Source: Candidatus Bathyarchaeota archaeon (GTDB lineage: Archaea > Thermoproteota > CALKCG01 > B24 > DRYS01). Taken from it: a stretch of DNA of 64,000 bases. This document shows positions 61,447 through 64,000 of the stretch, piece by piece. Made by a program: the position numbers and the translations under genes. Each line of letters starts with the position of its first letter. Positions within the stretch are counted from its first letter, which is position 1. Under the pieces are notes generated by a model. It saw nothing but the letters and a program-made list of their open reading frames with translations, was not told where the DNA came from and did no database searches. The stretch is from assembly GCA_018396535.1 (NCBI GenBank), contig JAGTQC010000001.1, positions 32,001-96,000 on the forward strand, given 5' to 3'.

Positions 61447-62952
61447 TTATCGGAGGCGCCTAGGAATACTTTAAGATTTCTAGATACCACACTTAGGGAT
61501 GGTGAACAGACCCCTGGCATTTCGTTAAAACCGGAGGAGAAGCTTAAAATAGCATTAGCTCTAGACGAACTTAACATAGATGTCATAGAAGTCGGTTTTC
61601 CGGCTGCATCTGAAGGTGAATTTTTAGCGGCTAAGATGATAGCTAATCAAGGGTTGAAAGCTGAAGTATGCGGTATGAGTAGAGGTGTTTTCGCAGATAT
61701 AGAATGCGTAGCTAAGAGTGGATGTAGAAGTATCCATCTAGTAATACCTTCATCCGATCTTCATATCAAGTATAAGCTCGGTAAATATAGGGAAGAAATC
61801 TTATCTATGGTTGAAAAGTGTGTTGAATACGCTAAAAGCTATGGTTTAACAGTCGAGTTATCGGCTGAGGATGGTAGTAGAAGCGATATAGCATTCTTAG
61901 AAGAATTCTTTAGAAGGGGTATCGAGGTTGGAGCTGATAGATTGTGTATATGCGATACAGTCGGTATACTAACGCCTAATAAGGCGTATAAACTATTCGC
62001 GAATATCGCTAACAAATTCTCAGGGAAAATTATAAGTGCACATTGTCATGATGATTTTGGTTTAGCTGTTGCTAATAGTATAGCTGCTGTAGAAGCTGGT
62101 GCTAGACAGGTTCATGTAACTGTTAACGGTCTAGGTGAGAGAGCTGGAAATGCTGCATTAGAAGAAGTAGCGGTAGCATTAAAAATACTATACGGATACG
62201 ATGTAAAACTGAACCTAGCTAAGATATATGAAGTATCACAGCTTGTATCTAGGATTACCGGCGTCTACGTTCAACCGAATAAAGCTATAGTAGGAGATAA
62301 TGCATTCACACATGAATCTGGGATACATACACACGGCATACTTAGAAATCCATTGACCTACGAACCTATACCGCCAGAACTGGTAGGTAGACGTAGAAGA
62401 CTAGTAGCAGGTAAACATGCAGGTAGACATGGGGTAGAAGCTATACTGAAAGATATGGGATTAAACCCGACTACAGAGCAGGTTGAGGAAATATTCCGTA
62501 GAGTTAAGGCTATGGGTGATAAGGGTAGAAAGATTACAGATGTTGATCTAAGAGTTATAGCTGAGAACGTTATGGGCATACCTAGAGCTAGGTTTGTAGC
62601 ATTAGAGGAATTAGTAGTAGTTACAGGCGATAAGATTACACCCACAGCATCGGTGAAGCTTAGGTTTAAGGATAAGATTGTGCAAGCCGCAGCCGTAGGT
62701 GTAGGACCCGTAGACGCTGCTATGAATGCAGCTAAAGCTGCTTTAAACCTTCTAGAACCTATAAAATTGGATAAATATGATGTTAAAGCTATAAGCGGTG
62801 GAACAGACGCTATAGTCGAGGTATCAGTCGTACTCAGTAAAGGTGATAGAACTGTTACATCGCATAGTGCTCGTGAAGATATCGTTCTAGCTAGTATAGA
62901 AGCTCTATTGGAGGGGGTTAACCTCTTACTCGGAGGTTCTAATGATGGTTAG
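61447..62952 (+). CDS. 2-isopropylmalate/citramalate synthase (LeuA/CimA family); true start lies upstream of the ORF-track call, codon uncertain
   Basis: In-frame DTTLRDGEQTPG at about 61483-61518, upstream of the track start; HCHDD, GLGERAGN, HESGIH and GPVDA motifs. Confidence 0.88.
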   Translation, partial: LSEAPRNTLRFLDTTLRDGEQTPGISLKPEEKLKIALALDELNIDVIEVGFPAASEGEFLAAKMIANQGLKAEVCGMSRGVFADIECVAKSGCRSIHLVIPSSDLHIKYKLGKYREEILSMVEKCVEYAKSYGLTVELSAEDGSRSDIAFLEEFFRRGIEVGADRLCICDTVGILTPNKAYKLFANIANKFSGKIISAHCHDDFGLAVANSIAAVEAGARQVHVTVNGLGERAGNAALEEVAVALKILYGYDVKLNLAKIYEVSQLVSRITGVYVQPNKAIVGDNAFTHESGIHTHGILRNPLTYEPIPPELVGRRRRLVAGKHAGRHGVEAILKDMGLNPTTEQVEEIFRRVKAMGDKGRKITDVDLRVIAENVMGIPRARFVALEELVVVTGDKITPTASVKLRFKDKIVQAAAVGVGPVDAAMNAAKAALNLLEPIKLDKYDVKAISGGTDAIVEVSVVLSKGDRTVTSHSAREDIVLASIEALLEGVNLLLGGSNDG

Positions 62953-64000
62953 GATGACTGGTGCTAAAGCTCTAATAGAATCTTTGAAGAAGGAGGGAGT
63001 GAGAGTAGTATTCGGTCTACCTGGAGGAGCTATACTACCAGTCTACGATGCACTCTACGACGAGACAGAATTAAGACATATACTTGTTAGGCATGAGCAG
63101 TGTGCAGCTCACATGGCTGACGGGTATGCTAGAGCTAGTGGCAGGGTAGGCGTCTGCATGGCTACTTCAGGTCCAGGTGCAACCAATCTGACGACAGGAG
63201 TAGCTACAGCATACATGGATTCATCTCCTATCGTAGCTATCACAGGGCAGGTTCCCACAATCATGATAGGTAGAGATGCATTTCAGGAAGCGGATATAGT
63301 TGGTATAATGACGCCGATAACGAAGCATTGCTTCCAACCTAGAGATGCTAAGGAAATACCTAGAATTGTTAAGGAAGCCTTCTACATAGCTTCAACAGGT
63401 AGACCTGGACCTGTACTTATAGATCTACCCAGGGATGTTCAACAAATGGAGGCAGATATAGAGTTTCCTGAAGATGTGAAACTCCTAGGATATAACCCTA
63501 AGCTTGAGCCTCACCCATTGCAGATTAAGAAGGCAGCTAAGCTACTAGTAGAGGCTGAAAAACCATTCATTCTAGCTGGGGGAGGTGTAAGATTATCCGG
63601 AGCTTATATGGAGCTTGTAGCTTTAGCAGAACTACTACAAGCACCTATAGGTACGACGCTTATGGGTAAAGGCGTCGTACCAGAAGATCATCCACTATGT
63701 GTAGGTGGGGTAGGGATGCATGGAGGGGTAGCGAATAAGATTATATGCGAAGCAGATGTTATACTAGCTATAGGCGTTAGATTCTCTGATAGAACTACAG
63801 GAAGGTTCGATAGCTTCTGTCCTGAAGCTAAGATAATACATATAGATATAGATTCAGCCGAGATCAACAAGAATATTCGAGCTCACATACCTATAGTAGC
63901 TGACGCTAGGAGGGCTCTTAAAGCATTGTACGATGAGATAATAAACTTCGTAGCTAAATCTAACTTAAATAAAACTGGATGGATTAAGCGTGTAAATGAG
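62942..64000 (+). CDS. ilvB: Acetolactate synthase large subunit (partial, runs off the window edge)
   Basis: MTGAKALIESL, FGLPGGA, RHEQCAAHMADGYARASG, TSGPGATN and GRPGPV motifs. Confidence 0.95.
   Translation, partial: MMVRMTGAKALIESLKKEGVRVVFGLPGGAILPVYDALYDETELRHILVRHEQCAAHMADGYARASGRVGVCMATSGPGATNLTTGVATAYMDSSPIVAITGQVPTIMIGRDAFQEADIVGIMTPITKHCFQPRDAKEIPRIVKEAFYIASTGRPGPVLIDLPRDVQQMEADIEFPEDVKLLGYNPKLEPHPLQIKKAAKLLVEAEKPFILAGGGVRLSGAYMELVALAELLQAPIGTTLMGKGVVPEDHPLCVGGVGMHGGVANKIICEADVILAIGVRFSDRTTGRFDSFCPEAKIIHIDIDSAEINKNIRAHIPIVADARRALKALYDEIINFVAKSNLNKTGWIKRVNE

Overview
Archaeal chromosomal window. The gene content and protein styles suggest a TACK-group, possibly Bathyarchaeia-like organism (inference). 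Housekeeping content includes a ribosomal protein supercluster (S3 to L15, secY, L34e, cmk, L14e, cbf5), FBP aldolase/phosphatase, tpiA, purB, a methanofuran-biosynthesis-like cluster, nucS, three ABC systems, a leuA-like gene plus ilvB, and four tRNAs. An accessory block between tRNA-Ser and tRNA-Arg carries a group 4 [NiFe] hydrogenase split into convergent operons, AOR-MoaD and capCB. The most striking theme is heavy use of bulge-helix-bulge (BHB) splicing signals. (1) tRNA-Gln has two introns. (2) cbf5 has a 34-nt intron of the known type. (3) A DHH phosphoesterase mRNA has a 22-nt BHB-like intron that splits a catalytic Asp codon, with the same AG|A...AT|A junctions as cbf5. (4) A free-standing, highly structured ~325-nt non-coding element (7947-8271) is closed by a perfect BHB. 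It is predicted to yield a 310-nt circular RNA with a perfect 57-bp duplex, and it lies next to an HTH gene and two tandem nucleotidyltransferases. In addition, cbf5 and the leuA-like gene lack any ATG/GTG/TTG start, and both have TTA at Shine-Dalgarno distance. All structures were derived by eye; no database searches were run.
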